Shown: positions 29,423 to 39,588, counted from the first letter of the stretch. The stretch: DNA of 64,000 nt from Candidatus Saccharimonadota bacterium (GCA_050486185.1 JBJHCT010000001.1:82216-146215), one strand, 5' to 3'. Notes: generated by a model not told the origin, from the letters alone. A program made the numbers and translations.

Positions 29423-30805
29423 TTAGCCTATACGGTAACGGATGATGACAATGCCGGAGCCGCCATTGCCGGCAACGGCTCCGCGACGACCACCACCCCC
29501 GCCTCCACCGGTGTTTGCCGCCCCATTGCCACCAACAGCCGCCCCTCCACCACCTTCTCCACCTAAGCCTTGCGACCCGCCGTACGAAGCGCCACCACCT
29601 CCACCTCCACGTGCGGTTGCTACTCCGGTAATAGAAGAGGTTAGACCTGCTCCTCCGTCACCACCCTTCGCACTTACGCCGTTCTGTCCCGCTACTCCTG
29701 CGCCACCACCTCCACCGGTAGAATAGTTGGATGATACTGCGTTACCACCGTTCGTACCCTGCCCAATAATGCCAACACCTCCGGTGGCCCCAGTGTTACC
29801 ACCACCACCGCCCGAGCCTCCTTGTGCGTTGCCCCGTTGGGAGCCGTCGCCTCCTTGTCCACCAACAGAAGTGATGGTCGAAAAGCTTGAGTCGCTCCCG
29901 TTGAATCCAGACTCTCCTCCGTTAATACCCCTTGATCCACCGGCACCGACGACGACCGTATGAACACCTTTGCTGATAAAAAATAATGGTTCGGCGACAG
30001 ATGAACCGCCAGACAGCTCACCCACGACAGCACACCGATAACCGCCTGCTCCACCACCTGCCGCAGAAGCGCCATCAGACGAGTCCGCTTCGCCACCCCC
30101 ACCCCCACCGATAACTAGATACTCAACCTCACCAGCGCCAGTAATAACCTCAAAAGATTGTGATGATCCAACTGTTGTGAAGTTATGTATACGGTAGATC
30201 TTGCCATCTATCTCTTCTTCGAAAACTTCATCTCCCCCTGTAGCAAAAAGAGACTGGATAAGTAGGCCGTTTTCGGTTAATACCCACTCATTCTGGGCCC
30301 TTTTTCTAAGTTGAGTTTCACCATACTTTCTAACAAAGTAGTATGGACCAGGAGCAAGAGGGCTTTTGGTACTAACGTTTTGGTTAGCGGTAACGGCTAG
30401 CTTGGCTTCATTATCTCTATATAGAGAGATTTTAGATCCTATCTCAAAGTTAGCCTCACTATCTTGGGGTACTTTAATGGTTACTACTTTGTTCTCATCT
30501 TCATCATCTAGGGTCAGGACTTTGCCAGCATCCTCTAGTGCTAGGGTGTATTCGTTGTTTATATCAGGAGTTAGAGCTTTTTCTTGGGCTATCTGGGTTT
30601 GATTAACACTTTCTTGGGTAGCTAATTCTGTAGGGTCAATTCCAGCTACATTAACACTACCATCAGCATTCATAGTGATTTGTGGGTTTACAGCATCAGG
30701 ATGTTTTAAAGACTTAGCATTTACACCACCTGAAGCATCCAACTTAATATTAGGCTCATTTGAGTCTGGATGCTGAATGTCATTGACTCTTAGCTTACTA
30801 CTCAA
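29423..30805 (-). CDS. Phage-fibre-like protein: tandem HP motifs + glycine-rich (Gly_rich_2-like) C-terminal domain
   Basis: IQHPDSNEPNIKLDASGGV / LKHPDAVNPQITMNADGSV; ATGG..YRIH.FT, VEYLVIGGGGGG, GGSGIVIIRY. Confidence 0.75.
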   Translation of the reverse strand: MSSKLRVNDIQHPDSNEPNIKLDASGGVNAKSLKHPDAVNPQITMNADGSVNVAGIDPTELATQESVNQTQIAQEKALTPDINNEYTLALEDAGKVLTLDDEDENKVVTIKVPQDSEANFEIGSKISLYRDNEAKLAVTANQNVSTKSPLAPGPYYFVRKYGETQLRKRAQNEWVLTENGLLIQSLFATGGDEVFEEEIDGKIYRIHNFTTVGSSQSFEVITGAGEVEYLVIGGGGGGEADSSDGASAAGGGAGGYRCAVVGELSGGSSVAEPLFFISKGVHTVVVGAGGSRGINGGESGFNGSDSSFSTITSVGGQGGDGSQRGNAQGGSGGGGGNTGATGGVGIIGQGTNGGNAVSSNYSTGGGGGAGVAGQNGVSAKGGDGGAGLTSSITGVATARGGGGGGASYGGSQGLGGEGGGGAAVGGNGAANTGGGGGGGRRGAVAGNGGSGIVIIRYRIG

Positions 30806-30848
30806 TATCAGCTCTTTTCTTTATTTTCTACCCTATAATCTTAATATG

Positions 30849-30880
30849 CTTATGATACCAGCGGTATCATAAGGGGTCAA
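30849..30880 (-). promoter_or_regulatory. Promoter with overlapping perfect palindrome
   Basis: Minus strand TTGACC-N17-TATCAT; CTTATGATACC-AGC-GGTATCATAAG (30849-30873). Confidence 0.6.
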
Positions 30881-30895
30881 ATAAAGTGCTGTTAT

Positions 30896-33544
30896 CTACT
30901 CTTCCCTTCTCAATTTAACCACCTTGCCATGCTCTATAGTGTTATTATTTGTCTTTTTGGTGGGTAAACCTCCCTTATCATTTACACCTTTGTGATTATT
31001 CCCCCTGTTATGCCTGTTATTGTTCTGGTGGGTATTGTGTCGATTATTCTTGCCATTACCTTGCCTATTGTTGTTTTGCTGATTGTGCTGTTGGTTTGTA
31101 TGCTGGTTACTAGTTACATCTGCCCAGGAGCGAATCTCTGCTTCTACCTCTGCTCTAGAGGAGCTAAAGCTTCTAGAGTTTTCGATAATCTGCGGTATAA
31201 AATCTCCCGGTACCTCAGGGGTTTTAAGTGAAGTAGCGGCAAATGAAGAAACCTTCTCACCATCTATACTCATACTAATTACAAAGTGGCGGTTGTTGAG
31301 TTTGACTAGATCCTCTCCCTCGAAGGTAGGTGCGAAGTATTTAGCTAAATACGGAGCATCATCAGCACTGACCCTGAAGGATATAATTGTGCCTACGTTA
31401 CCAAATACAGCATCTCTGACCTCTTGAGACATCTGAGAGATGTATTGGTTGGCTATAGTTAGGTTTAATCCATATTTCCTAGCTTCAGATAAGATAACAG
31501 CAAAGGAATCAGTAGCGAAGTTCTGGAACTCATCGACGTATAGGTTAAAGGGCCTCCTATTCTCAATACCAGGTATATTAGCTCTACTCATGGCGGCTAA
31601 CTGGATTTTAGTCACCATCAGCGAGCCTAATGTAGCAGCGTTATCCTCTCCTACCTGTCCGCGTGATAGATTAACTATGAGGATCTTACCCTCATCCATC
31701 ATCTCCCTGATGTTGAAAGCGCTTTTAGGCTGCCCTATGATGTTTCTCATCAATGGATTAGCTGTAAAGGCTCCTACCTTGTTTAGAATCGGTGCTACGG
31801 CCTCTGAGGCGAACTTATCGTTCCAAGAAGCAAACTCATTAACCCAGAAGTTTTTCACTACTGGATCCTCAATACTATCTATGACTTTTTGACGATATCC
31901 CTTCTCGGTTAACATCCTAGTAATCCCTAGTAGTGTGGCGTTAGGATAGTCTAATAAGGCTAGAATGGTATACCTGAGGATATATTCTAGTCTTGGACCC
32001 CAAGAGTAGCCAAACATGCGCTTCAAAGACCCTACCACTTCTGATGATATATGTCCCTTTAAGCTTGGATCGGTGACTTCAAGGGGGTTAAAAGCTATGG
32101 GGTACTCAGTATCAGCTGGATTAAAATAGACTACGTCCTTAACCCTATCTTCAGGGATGTAGCGCAAGATATCGTTGGCAAAGTCACCGTGTGGATCAAT
32201 TACGGCAAACCCCTGATCATAGTAGACGTCAGATAGGGCTAGAAGTAGCATCAGGTGGGATTTACCGGTACCGGTTTGTCCTACTATATAGGTGTGTCTA
32301 CCTCTATCGCTTCTTTTGAGTCCGAACTGTCGGTGTTGACCCCTGAAGTTAGTTACTCCTATAGTGCTGAGTTCTCCGGGTTCAACTAGTTGCGGTGTAG
32401 GTATATTCGATGGCGGCTCAGCAGTTTTACTCTGAGCCCATATCATACTCGGAGTCTCAACATTGGCATGTGGTAGGTGATAAAGGCTAGCTAGTTCCTC
32501 AATATTTAGAACAAAACCTTTGTCCAAAAAGACTCTGGAGCGATACCGGCGCAAAGCCTCCTCTTGATAGTAGTGCTTTTTAATTTTGAAACTGTTGGTA
32601 TTATCATTAAACTGTTTGAAAGCACCGACCAGGGCCTGAATTCTCAGTCTAGATAGGTTTTTGTCGTTGCCTACATGACAAAGTCTAATACTAACTTCAT
32701 AACCGAGCTTTGAAATTTTGTCATTAACTCCTTGGACCATGGCTTTTTGTTGATCGGATAACTCTGCTGGCCCACCTTTTTCTCCTGCTTCTGGTGGTTT
32801 CCAGATAGCGATGAATAAATCATGAATTAACTTCTGTAACCCTCCTAAGAAACCCTCAAAACTCTTGCCGCTACTGCCATTTCGCAGTTTATTAATAAAG
32901 GTCTCTCCCCGTTTATGCCAGCTATCTTCCAGGGGTCTAGCCATAATCTGAATCCAAGCTTGTTCATTTTCTTCCTCTAGTTTTGATAGTACCGCTGTAA
33001 TACCGCCCAAAGGATCGACCTCGAAGCTGTTAAAGGTGCGTATCGGTAGAACGTCGCTATTAGTTAACCCTAACTCCACAGAGTGAGCTTGAACTTCTTC
33101 ACCAAACTCTTTACGGGAATAATCCTCTTCAACCTCAACGATATTAACACTAGGATACTGGGCGTAAACCTGTCCCTCTACGAAGTTACGTAAGTGTTTA
33201 GGAGTCCAGATAAAGAATCTAATATGCTTATCAACAGAGACGATTTCAAAGCTGATATGTTCTTGCAAAGCCCCTTCTTTAAGCAGTTCTTGTCTAGGCC
33301 TTAGGATTCCGTGCAGACTGGCAAATAGCTGCTCGGCTGATAGCTCAGCCTTGTCGTTCTCTCTAGGTACTTCCAGTAGTAGTAGTGAGTACTGGCTATC
33401 ACTCACCCACTTCTGCTTGCGTATGTTTTGCCAAATCAGAAAAGCTAGGACTATAACGATAACTATCCAGCCTCCCCAGTCGAAGATTAATCGACCCAAG
33501 AACTGGATAATAGTAAACAATACTTCAAAAACAATATTCATCAC
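30896..33544 (-). CDS. VirB4/TraC/VirD4-like P-loop ATPase, membrane-anchored (CPR type)
   Basis: GQTGTGKS, IDPHGD, LYVDEFQNF, SEARKYGL..TIANQY. Confidence 0.88.
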   Translation of the reverse strand: MMNIVFEVLFTIIQFLGRLIFDWGGWIVIVIVLAFLIWQNIRKQKWVSDSQYSLLLLEVPRENDKAELSAEQLFASLHGILRPRQELLKEGALQEHISFEIVSVDKHIRFFIWTPKHLRNFVEGQVYAQYPSVNIVEVEEDYSRKEFGEEVQAHSVELGLTNSDVLPIRTFNSFEVDPLGGITAVLSKLEEENEQAWIQIMARPLEDSWHKRGETFINKLRNGSSGKSFEGFLGGLQKLIHDLFIAIWKPPEAGEKGGPAELSDQQKAMVQGVNDKISKLGYEVSIRLCHVGNDKNLSRLRIQALVGAFKQFNDNTNSFKIKKHYYQEEALRRYRSRVFLDKGFVLNIEELASLYHLPHANVETPSMIWAQSKTAEPPSNIPTPQLVEPGELSTIGVTNFRGQHRQFGLKRSDRGRHTYIVGQTGTGKSHLMLLLALSDVYYDQGFAVIDPHGDFANDILRYIPEDRVKDVVYFNPADTEYPIAFNPLEVTDPSLKGHISSEVVGSLKRMFGYSWGPRLEYILRYTILALLDYPNATLLGITRMLTEKGYRQKVIDSIEDPVVKNFWVNEFASWNDKFASEAVAPILNKVGAFTANPLMRNIIGQPKSAFNIREMMDEGKILIVNLSRGQVGEDNAATLGSLMVTKIQLAAMSRANIPGIENRRPFNLYVDEFQNFATDSFAVILSEARKYGLNLTIANQYISQMSQEVRDAVFGNVGTIISFRVSADDAPYLAKYFAPTFEGEDLVKLNNRHFVISMSIDGEKVSSFAATSLKTPEVPGDFIPQIIENSRSFSSSRAEVEAEIRSWADVTSNQHTNQQHNQQNNNRQGNGKNNRHNTHQNNNRHNRGNNHKGVNDKGGLPTKKTNNNTIEHGKVVKLRREE

Positions 33545-33603
33545 CAGTAATTATACCTATTAAAGAGCTAAATCTAAAATCGGTAATAATATACAACTAC
33601 CTC

Positions 33604-34074
33604 TCATCTTAGACGGGCCGGTTTTGAATTATCTGGCTTATTTGCAAATCTAGGCCAAAGCAGAGCCTGTTTATCCATATTCCAAAGTCGCGCTGTAACC
33701 ACAACTCCGTTAGCTCTTGTCTTATTAAGGCTCCTTAGGTCAACCACTAATTGCCTAGTTCCATCGAAACACACACTCCTAAATTTCTGAAATGACCACT
33801 CAGTATTAGGTCCCCGTGTCCGGGCTTCCTGTAGTTTAGTTATATCTTGATCCTGATCAAGTACAACTTCTCTATCTAGGTATACTAGCTTATTTCTGTG
33901 ATGAACCGTTAAGTTGTTGAGATACTTAACCACAGCATCAATATTTGTATCGACTTCTCCTCGTAAATGGCTACCAAAGCAATCAATAGAGGCAGCGATA
34001 TATAGATCATCTTGCTTTGGAGCTTCTGGGCTTAATATGGGTGGAGGGGGAGCCTCGAAAAGAGACCTTGGCAT
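33604..34074 (-). CDS. Hypothetical protein
   Basis: ORF co-oriented between neighbours. Confidence 0.5.
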   Translation of the reverse strand: MPRSLFEAPPPPILSPEAPKQDDLYIAASIDCFGSHLRGEVDTNIDAVVKYLNNLTVHHRNKLVYLDREVVLDQDQDITKLQEARTRGPNTEWSFQKFRSVCFDGTRQLVVDLRSLNKTRANGVVVTARLWNMDKQALLWPRFANKPDNSKPARLR

Positions 34075-34084
34075 ATTTTTAGCT

Positions 34085-35104
34085 TTACCCCTCAGCTAAG
34101 GCATAAGTAGCTTTAGATACGCGCTTAAACTTATCCTTGCTCTGCAAGTTCAAAACTACAGTAGTTGGTTTGACCTGTCTTTGTTTTAAGACTCTTTTAA
34201 CAATTTCATCTCGGTGAAGGGGTGACTCATCTTTAAGGATAGCCTCAATTACGTCCGATACTGTGCCTTGAGAAAAGCCCCACTCATTAAGAGCATAAAT
34301 ACCTCTACCGACTAGTACGAAACGAGAGTCTTTAATTAGCTCGTTATGTATAGCTTGAGTAGTAACGTCTTTGCGGTGAAAATCTGAATTCTTGATATGC
34401 TCAGCAATCTCGTTAAAATGCATCGGCTCTTTTTCGCGACTTAAGACGATGTAGATCTTATCTCTAATGCTTTTGGGATTAACTTGCGGCCAAGAAACTA
34501 GACCCCACTTATCATCCAAAGTAGCGATATGCTTACTAGATCTAATCAGTCCATGTAAGTGGTGCTCTTCTAATTTACCGTTAATGTTCTGGTGTATATC
34601 ACTAAGTGATACGGGTTTGCCTAAAGTACGAATTGTTTTCACCACTTCGTCATGTAAGGTTTTAGTGGTTTTGTGATCTCCGTGGTGATCTTTTAAGGCG
34701 AGAGCATGGTGGAAGTCGTCATTTTCGTTAATGATCACAATCTCTGGTATGAGATGGGCCAAGAAATTGACGTGAGCATGTTCTTCTGTGCCGGAGTGAG
34801 TACTAACTTCATGCAGGGGTACAATGCGGCCTAAAGACTCTAGAGCGCCCAAGAAGTGCTCCTTCAATGATTCTTTGTGGTTATGTTCCATCTGCTGCAG
34901 TTTGGTCAGAGTCTGTTTTTCTATCTGACGTACACGTTCGCGAGTAATTCCAAGCAGCTTGCCGATTTCTTCCAATGTTTCTTTTCTATCTTGCAGTCCA
35001 AAGCGTCTAGTGATGATTTCTCTTTCTCGGTCTTTATCTATAGTATCTAGAAAATCATTAACTATTTGAGCAATGTCTAAGCTTGGCTTGGCAGTAGTTT
35101 CCAT
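34085..35104 (-). CDS. Sigma70 region-4 HTH + HARE-HTH (RNAP delta-like) protein
   Basis: RFGL...TLEEIG...[10 protein letters not shown]; [29 protein letters not shown]. Confidence 0.8.
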   Translation of the reverse strand: METTAKPSLDIAQIVNDFLDTIDKDREREIITRRFGLQDRKETLEEIGKLLGITRERVRQIEKQTLTKLQQMEHNHKESLKEHFLGALESLGRIVPLHEVSTHSGTEEHAHVNFLAHLIPEIVIINENDDFHHALALKDHHGDHKTTKTLHDEVVKTIRTLGKPVSLSDIHQNINGKLEEHHLHGLIRSSKHIATLDDKWGLVSWPQVNPKSIRDKIYIVLSREKEPMHFNEIAEHIKNSDFHRKDVTTQAIHNELIKDSRFVLVGRGIYALNEWGFSQGTVSDVIEAILKDESPLHRDEIVKRVLKQRQVKPTTVVLNLQSKDKFKRVSKATYALAEG

Positions 35105-35193
35105 CCGGCACCTTTCACTTTTTAGCTTTCTTTGATTATAAAACAAGGAGTATTCGGTGTCAATTGAAATTTATCAATAAATGTTATCTATAT

Positions 35194-37479
35194 CTATTTT
35201 TTCTTGCCACGTTTTTTCTTATCAGGCGCCTTAGCAATCATGTCTTTAGCCTTGTCTTCATCGATAGTTTCAGGATCGACATCTTTAGGTACACTGACGT
35301 TTTTCTTACCATTAGTAACGTAGGGTCCGAAGCGACCATTGAGGACTTTGATATCTCCAAAAACAGCGATTTGTTGGTTTTTTACTTTCTCAATCTTCTC
35401 AGCTATAGCTAACTTAGCTACATCTTCGGTCACGGTCAGCGGGCCGTGAGTATTAGGTATAGGAGCATAGGTAGAGCCGGCTTTAACGTAGGGTCCGAAA
35501 CGACCGAAATTGGCAGTGATCTCTTGACCATCATCGGTCTTACCTACCGTTCGCGGTAGTTCGAATAACTCCAAGGCTTCTTCTAGAGTGATATCTTCTA
35601 TGCGTTTATTCTTTGGTATGGGAGCGAATTTAGGTTTCTCACCATCTTTATCGGCATGACCTAGCTGCAACATCGGGCCATATCTACCCATGCGCGCAAT
35701 GATGGGTTTATTACTTTTAGGGTCTATACCTACTTCCCTAGCACCGCTAGCTTCTTCACGGGATACATCTTCAGCTTCTTCAACCAATTTATGAAATGGC
35801 TTGTACCAATCGGCTATCATGCGGTTCCACTTTTCTTTACCCTGAGCTATTAGGTCGAACTCTTCTTCAGCTTCTTTAGTGAAGTCGTAATCAACGATAT
35901 GGGTAAAGTGTTTGCTTAAAAAGTCGTTGACAAGTATAGCTATCTGGGTCGGCAGTAGCTTATTGCGATCTCGGCCATATTCGATTGTTTCGGTTTCTTC
36001 TTGCAAGCGATTATTTTCTAGTTTGATGATAGTGATTTCTTTTTCGACACCTTCAACATCACCGCGCTCAACATACCCCCTATCCTGGATGGTATGGATA
36101 GTCGGTGCGTAAGTTGAGGGTCTACCGATACCCATCTCCTCTAATTTACGGACCAAAGCAGCTTCATTATATCTAGCTGGACCTCGCTTAATCGATTCTC
36201 TAGCTTCTAGAGTAATTAATTCTAGTGAATCACCTAAAGTAACTTGCGGTAGTAATACGTCCTCCATCTTGCTGTCTTGGTAGACCTTTAAGAACCCAGG
36301 GAATTTAATAACCTCGCCTTTAGCTACTAACATCTCTTCATGGTTACTACTAGCAATATGTATTTCGGTCTTCTCTAAAGTGGCCGGTGTCATCTGTGAG
36401 GCTAGAGTCTTGTTCCTAATTAGGCTATATAGTTTTTGCTGCTGCTCATCATCTCCGGCCGATTCTAGCTGTAAGTTCGTTGGCCTAATAGCCTCATGGG
36501 CTTCTTGAGCTCCGGCCTTTGATTTAAAATCTCTAGCCTGGTAATACTCCTCGCCATACTGACTTTTAATAACTTCAGTAATCTGAGTTTTGGCACTACT
36601 AGCTAAATTTACAGAGTCTGTACGCATATAGGTAATGTGTCCTGACTCATACAGTCTTTGAGCTAGTGTCATAGTCTGTCTAACGCTATAGCCTAGTTTG
36701 CGGGCTGCAGCTTGCTGCAGTGTTGAAGTAGTAAATGGTGGGCCTGGGTTGCGGTGAGTTGGCTTAGTATCGATCTCATCAACTTTGAAACTAGCATCGA
36801 TAGCTTGTTCTAGGAATTTCTTGGCCTCCGCATGCTCATCTATATAGCCCGCGAGTTTGGCAGGTAGTTCTTCACCAGACGCAGTTTTGAACGTAGCTGT
36901 TACTTTAAAGCGGTGTTCTGGGGTATAGTCTTTAATCTCTTGTTCGCGCTCAACTATTAGGCGCATAGCTACTGACTGCACACGCCCGGCGCTTAAGCCC
37001 GGCTTGACCTTTTTCCACAAGACCGGTGATATTTCATATCCGACCAATCTATCCAGCACCCTTCTAGCTTGTTGGGCATCGACTAGATTCTTATCGATCT
37101 CTCTAGGAGTTTTTATGGCACCGGTAACAGCTTCTTTGGTAATCTCGTGAAAAGCGATACGTTTAACTTGCTTCTTATCTAAATCAAGTGCTGCATGTAA
37201 GTGCCAGGCAATCGCCTCTCCTTCGCGGTCTTCATCGGTAGCTAGCCAAACAGTTTCTGCTTCACTGACTAGTTTCTTGAGTTTAGTAACCTGCTTTTTC
37301 TTATCCTCATTAACTTCATAGTTAGGCTCGAAGTTATTATCGATATCTATCCCCATATTTTTACTAGGTAGATCCCTTACGTGTCCATAGCTAGATGCCA
37401 CATGGTAGTCGCTGCCCAAAAACTTTTCAATAGTTTTAGCTTTGGCTGGGGATTCAACTATGACTAGGTTTTTGCTCAA
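35194..37479 (-). CDS. topA: DNA topoisomerase I
   Basis: IVESPAKAKTI, ATDEDREGE, SAGRVQS, ITYMRTDS, GIGRPSTYA, GRFGPY repeats. Confidence 0.97.
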   Translation of the reverse strand: MSKNLVIVESPAKAKTIEKFLGSDYHVASSYGHVRDLPSKNMGIDIDNNFEPNYEVNEDKKKQVTKLKKLVSEAETVWLATDEDREGEAIAWHLHAALDLDKKQVKRIAFHEITKEAVTGAIKTPREIDKNLVDAQQARRVLDRLVGYEISPVLWKKVKPGLSAGRVQSVAMRLIVEREQEIKDYTPEHRFKVTATFKTASGEELPAKLAGYIDEHAEAKKFLEQAIDASFKVDEIDTKPTHRNPGPPFTTSTLQQAAARKLGYSVRQTMTLAQRLYESGHITYMRTDSVNLASSAKTQITEVIKSQYGEEYYQARDFKSKAGAQEAHEAIRPTNLQLESAGDDEQQQKLYSLIRNKTLASQMTPATLEKTEIHIASSNHEEMLVAKGEVIKFPGFLKVYQDSKMEDVLLPQVTLGDSLELITLEARESIKRGPARYNEAALVRKLEEMGIGRPSTYAPTIHTIQDRGYVERGDVEGVEKEITIIKLENNRLQEETETIEYGRDRNKLLPTQIAILVNDFLSKHFTHIVDYDFTKEAEEEFDLIAQGKEKWNRMIADWYKPFHKLVEEAEDVSREEASGAREVGIDPKSNKPIIARMGRYGPMLQLGHADKDGEKPKFAPIPKNKRIEDITLEEALELFELPRTVGKTDDGQEITANFGRFGPYVKAGSTYAPIPNTHGPLTVTEDVAKLAIAEKIEKVKNQQIAVFGDIKVLNGRFGPYVTNGKKNVSVPKDVDPETIDEDKAKDMIAKAPDKKKRGKKK

Positions 37480-37599
37480 ATCTTTAATCCTTTAATTTTT
37501 ATGCTTAGCTTTATATAACTTATATTAATCCTGGCAAAATGCAAACATCCTTAATATGTACACGAGTTGAGTTTTGATGTAAAGGTTTGGTTTTTGATT

Positions 37600-39162
37600 T
37601 TAGAACAAACTAGTCTGAGAGGGTCGGTTGTTAAAACCTCCAGTATCATCACTATCTTTTTTGATATCTTCATTGTTTTGACCCTTTTCTACCAACTCAA
37701 CTAAAAATCGATATATCTCGACCATAGCCAAAGTATCAAGGGCGCAATACTTTACTAGATCATCAAATATCTTGTCTTTATCTGGTGCTTTTTCAATAGC
37801 TGCTTTGTACCAAGAACTTTGTGCGCTCATGCCGTCGGCTATATCTAAATCTCGGTAACTTAGCTCTGGTGCGATGGCTGGCAAGACCTTTTTGATACTA
37901 GCACTACCGGCAAAGCTCTTGTCGATATACCAGCCCTTAGAAAAAGGTATCATCAAATCAACAATTCGCTTATTGACTTGTTTCATCCAACTCTTATATT
38001 CCGGTACCAACTCGCCCATATCGCTGTTTCTACCCATCTCAAAAGCCTGATACCAGACCAAGATACTTCCCTCACCTCCTAAGTCTTGATGCAATCTCTC
38101 AAGTAGTCTCGGTGTAGGGTTATCATCTCCTCTATCTAGGTATTCAAAATGCTGCAACTCACCCCCAGGGCTATCGAGTACATGCAAGGAGTACTGGAAA
38201 GGAATCTCTTGATAGGCGCCGGTGCCAGGATAGATCGGTACGGAATGTGAGACAGTCTCATAGTCTAAAAACCACAACGGAAACTCTAGCTTATTTAAAA
38301 ACTTCTCAATCTTCTCAAGTTCAATAGGCGGTGTTTCTTGCCAAGCTTTAATCTGGCTTTGTTGACGAGCATTAAAACCCTCTAGATCATTTACTTGCTT
38401 TAAGCTATCTACTCCACCAGCATGTAGCAGCTTTACATCTTCAGGTTTTAACTGAGCTAGCTTGTATATATGTTCCGGTGGTAGCTCTGGGTTTAAGTGT
38501 AAATACATCGGCAACCAAATACCTAAGTTACCGGCATATTCTAGGCCTAAATCTGGGCAGGTTTTTTGATCTAATACCTTTAAGGCTTTGGGTATTTGCT
38601 GCTCTACTTCAGGTATTCTCTGTTTGACTTTGTAGGTGATCTTTTTTTGACTGACTAGTAGCTCTGGTTCGATATTCTCTCCTCGTTTGTACTCTTTATT
38701 AACATAAAGTAGATAGATATCACCTACCTTGACCCCCATCTCCTCCCAGGCTACGGCCTGAAAAGCCAGATCCGATAGATGATCATCCTTCACGCTAGTT
38801 GAGCTCTTTACTTCATATAGGTCCCAAGTCTTGCCGCTACGTTTTAAGACGTCACTTTTAACTAGTAACCCTCTATCCGTAAATGCGGTGGCTTGAAAGA
38901 TTGTTTCAACACTCTCATCTTCCATTAGTCTTTTAGTTTGATTAACTAGCAGGTCAAACTCCCAAGGTTTAGCATCAACTAATTTAGCGCTCGGGAACAA
39001 TTTACGAGCTTGGGCTTCAAAAGCATGCCCTTTATCGAACATAAATTGATCGGACGTGGTTATCGGTGGTAGTTTCTTCTTATCGAACTTCTCTAGCCAT
39101 AAATAGCCTGGATGAATTAGCCAGTGCATGAAGTTGGATTTGGATAGGTATTTACTCAACAT
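37600..39162 (-). CDS. DUF2779-type protein (PD-(D/E)XK nuclease + RNase H-like domain)
   Basis: SD.L...EVKSST, DLAFQ, FLDYET, PFQYSLH, SIKKVLP, YCALDT.AM. Confidence 0.8.
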   Translation of the reverse strand: MLSKYLSKSNFMHWLIHPGYLWLEKFDKKKLPPITTSDQFMFDKGHAFEAQARKLFPSAKLVDAKPWEFDLLVNQTKRLMEDESVETIFQATAFTDRGLLVKSDVLKRSGKTWDLYEVKSSTSVKDDHLSDLAFQAVAWEEMGVKVGDIYLLYVNKEYKRGENIEPELLVSQKKITYKVKQRIPEVEQQIPKALKVLDQKTCPDLGLEYAGNLGIWLPMYLHLNPELPPEHIYKLAQLKPEDVKLLHAGGVDSLKQVNDLEGFNARQQSQIKAWQETPPIELEKIEKFLNKLEFPLWFLDYETVSHSVPIYPGTGAYQEIPFQYSLHVLDSPGGELQHFEYLDRGDDNPTPRLLERLHQDLGGEGSILVWYQAFEMGRNSDMGELVPEYKSWMKQVNKRIVDLMIPFSKGWYIDKSFAGSASIKKVLPAIAPELSYRDLDIADGMSAQSSWYKAAIEKAPDKDKIFDDLVKYCALDTLAMVEIYRFLVELVEKGQNNEDIKKDSDDTGGFNNRPSQTSLF

Positions 39163-39209
39163 TACTTATTTAAGAGTAGAGGTAGAGGCAGTAAAATGCA
39201 AAAAAGTAC

Positions 39210-39239
39210 TTGTGTGTTCGTATTGTGTTCGTATATAAT
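39210..39239 (+). promoter_or_regulatory. Promoter with GTTC-N7-GTTC direct repeat in spacer
   Basis: TGTGTTCGTA x2 (11-bp period) followed by TATAAT at 39234. Confidence 0.6.
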
Positions 39240-39279
39240 AAATATAAACAATTATTAATTAAACAAGGAGGTTTACCTT

Positions 39280-39513
39280 ATGTCTCAACAACTACTATCA
39301 ACCAATCAAAAATACCATGATGTTATGCTCAGCTCCACTTCAGCTAAGCCAAAACTTTTTGGCCGCAAGAAAGGTAGATACTACCCTACCGGGACTCGTC
39401 AGCTAATGGACGGCCGCATGGAAGTAACTTTTTATCTACCCCCTTCCATATTGCGTCAGTGGCAGTCCGCTATTACTAACGGTAAGCGTATACGTCTGTT
39501 CGTACCTAACTAA
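39280..39513 (+). CDS. Small basic hypothetical protein
   Basis: AAGGAGG SD, TATAAT promoter. Confidence 0.65.
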   Translation: MSQQLLSTNQKYHDVMLSSTSAKPKLFGRKKGRYYPTGTRQLMDGRMEVTFYLPPSILRQWQSAITNGKRIRLFVPN

Positions 39514-39588
39514 TACTTGACCAAAACCGATACACGTTGCACAATTATTGTTAGTTGTGGGAGAACTTTTCAATCAAGGGAGTGAGAA

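Noticed and set aside
29442-29963. Proline-rich ORFs on the + strand
   Set aside because: Antisense shadows of the glycine-rich gene.
18579-30805. Prophage
   Set aside because: Fibre-like genes are isolated among core genes; no structural, packaging or integration genes.
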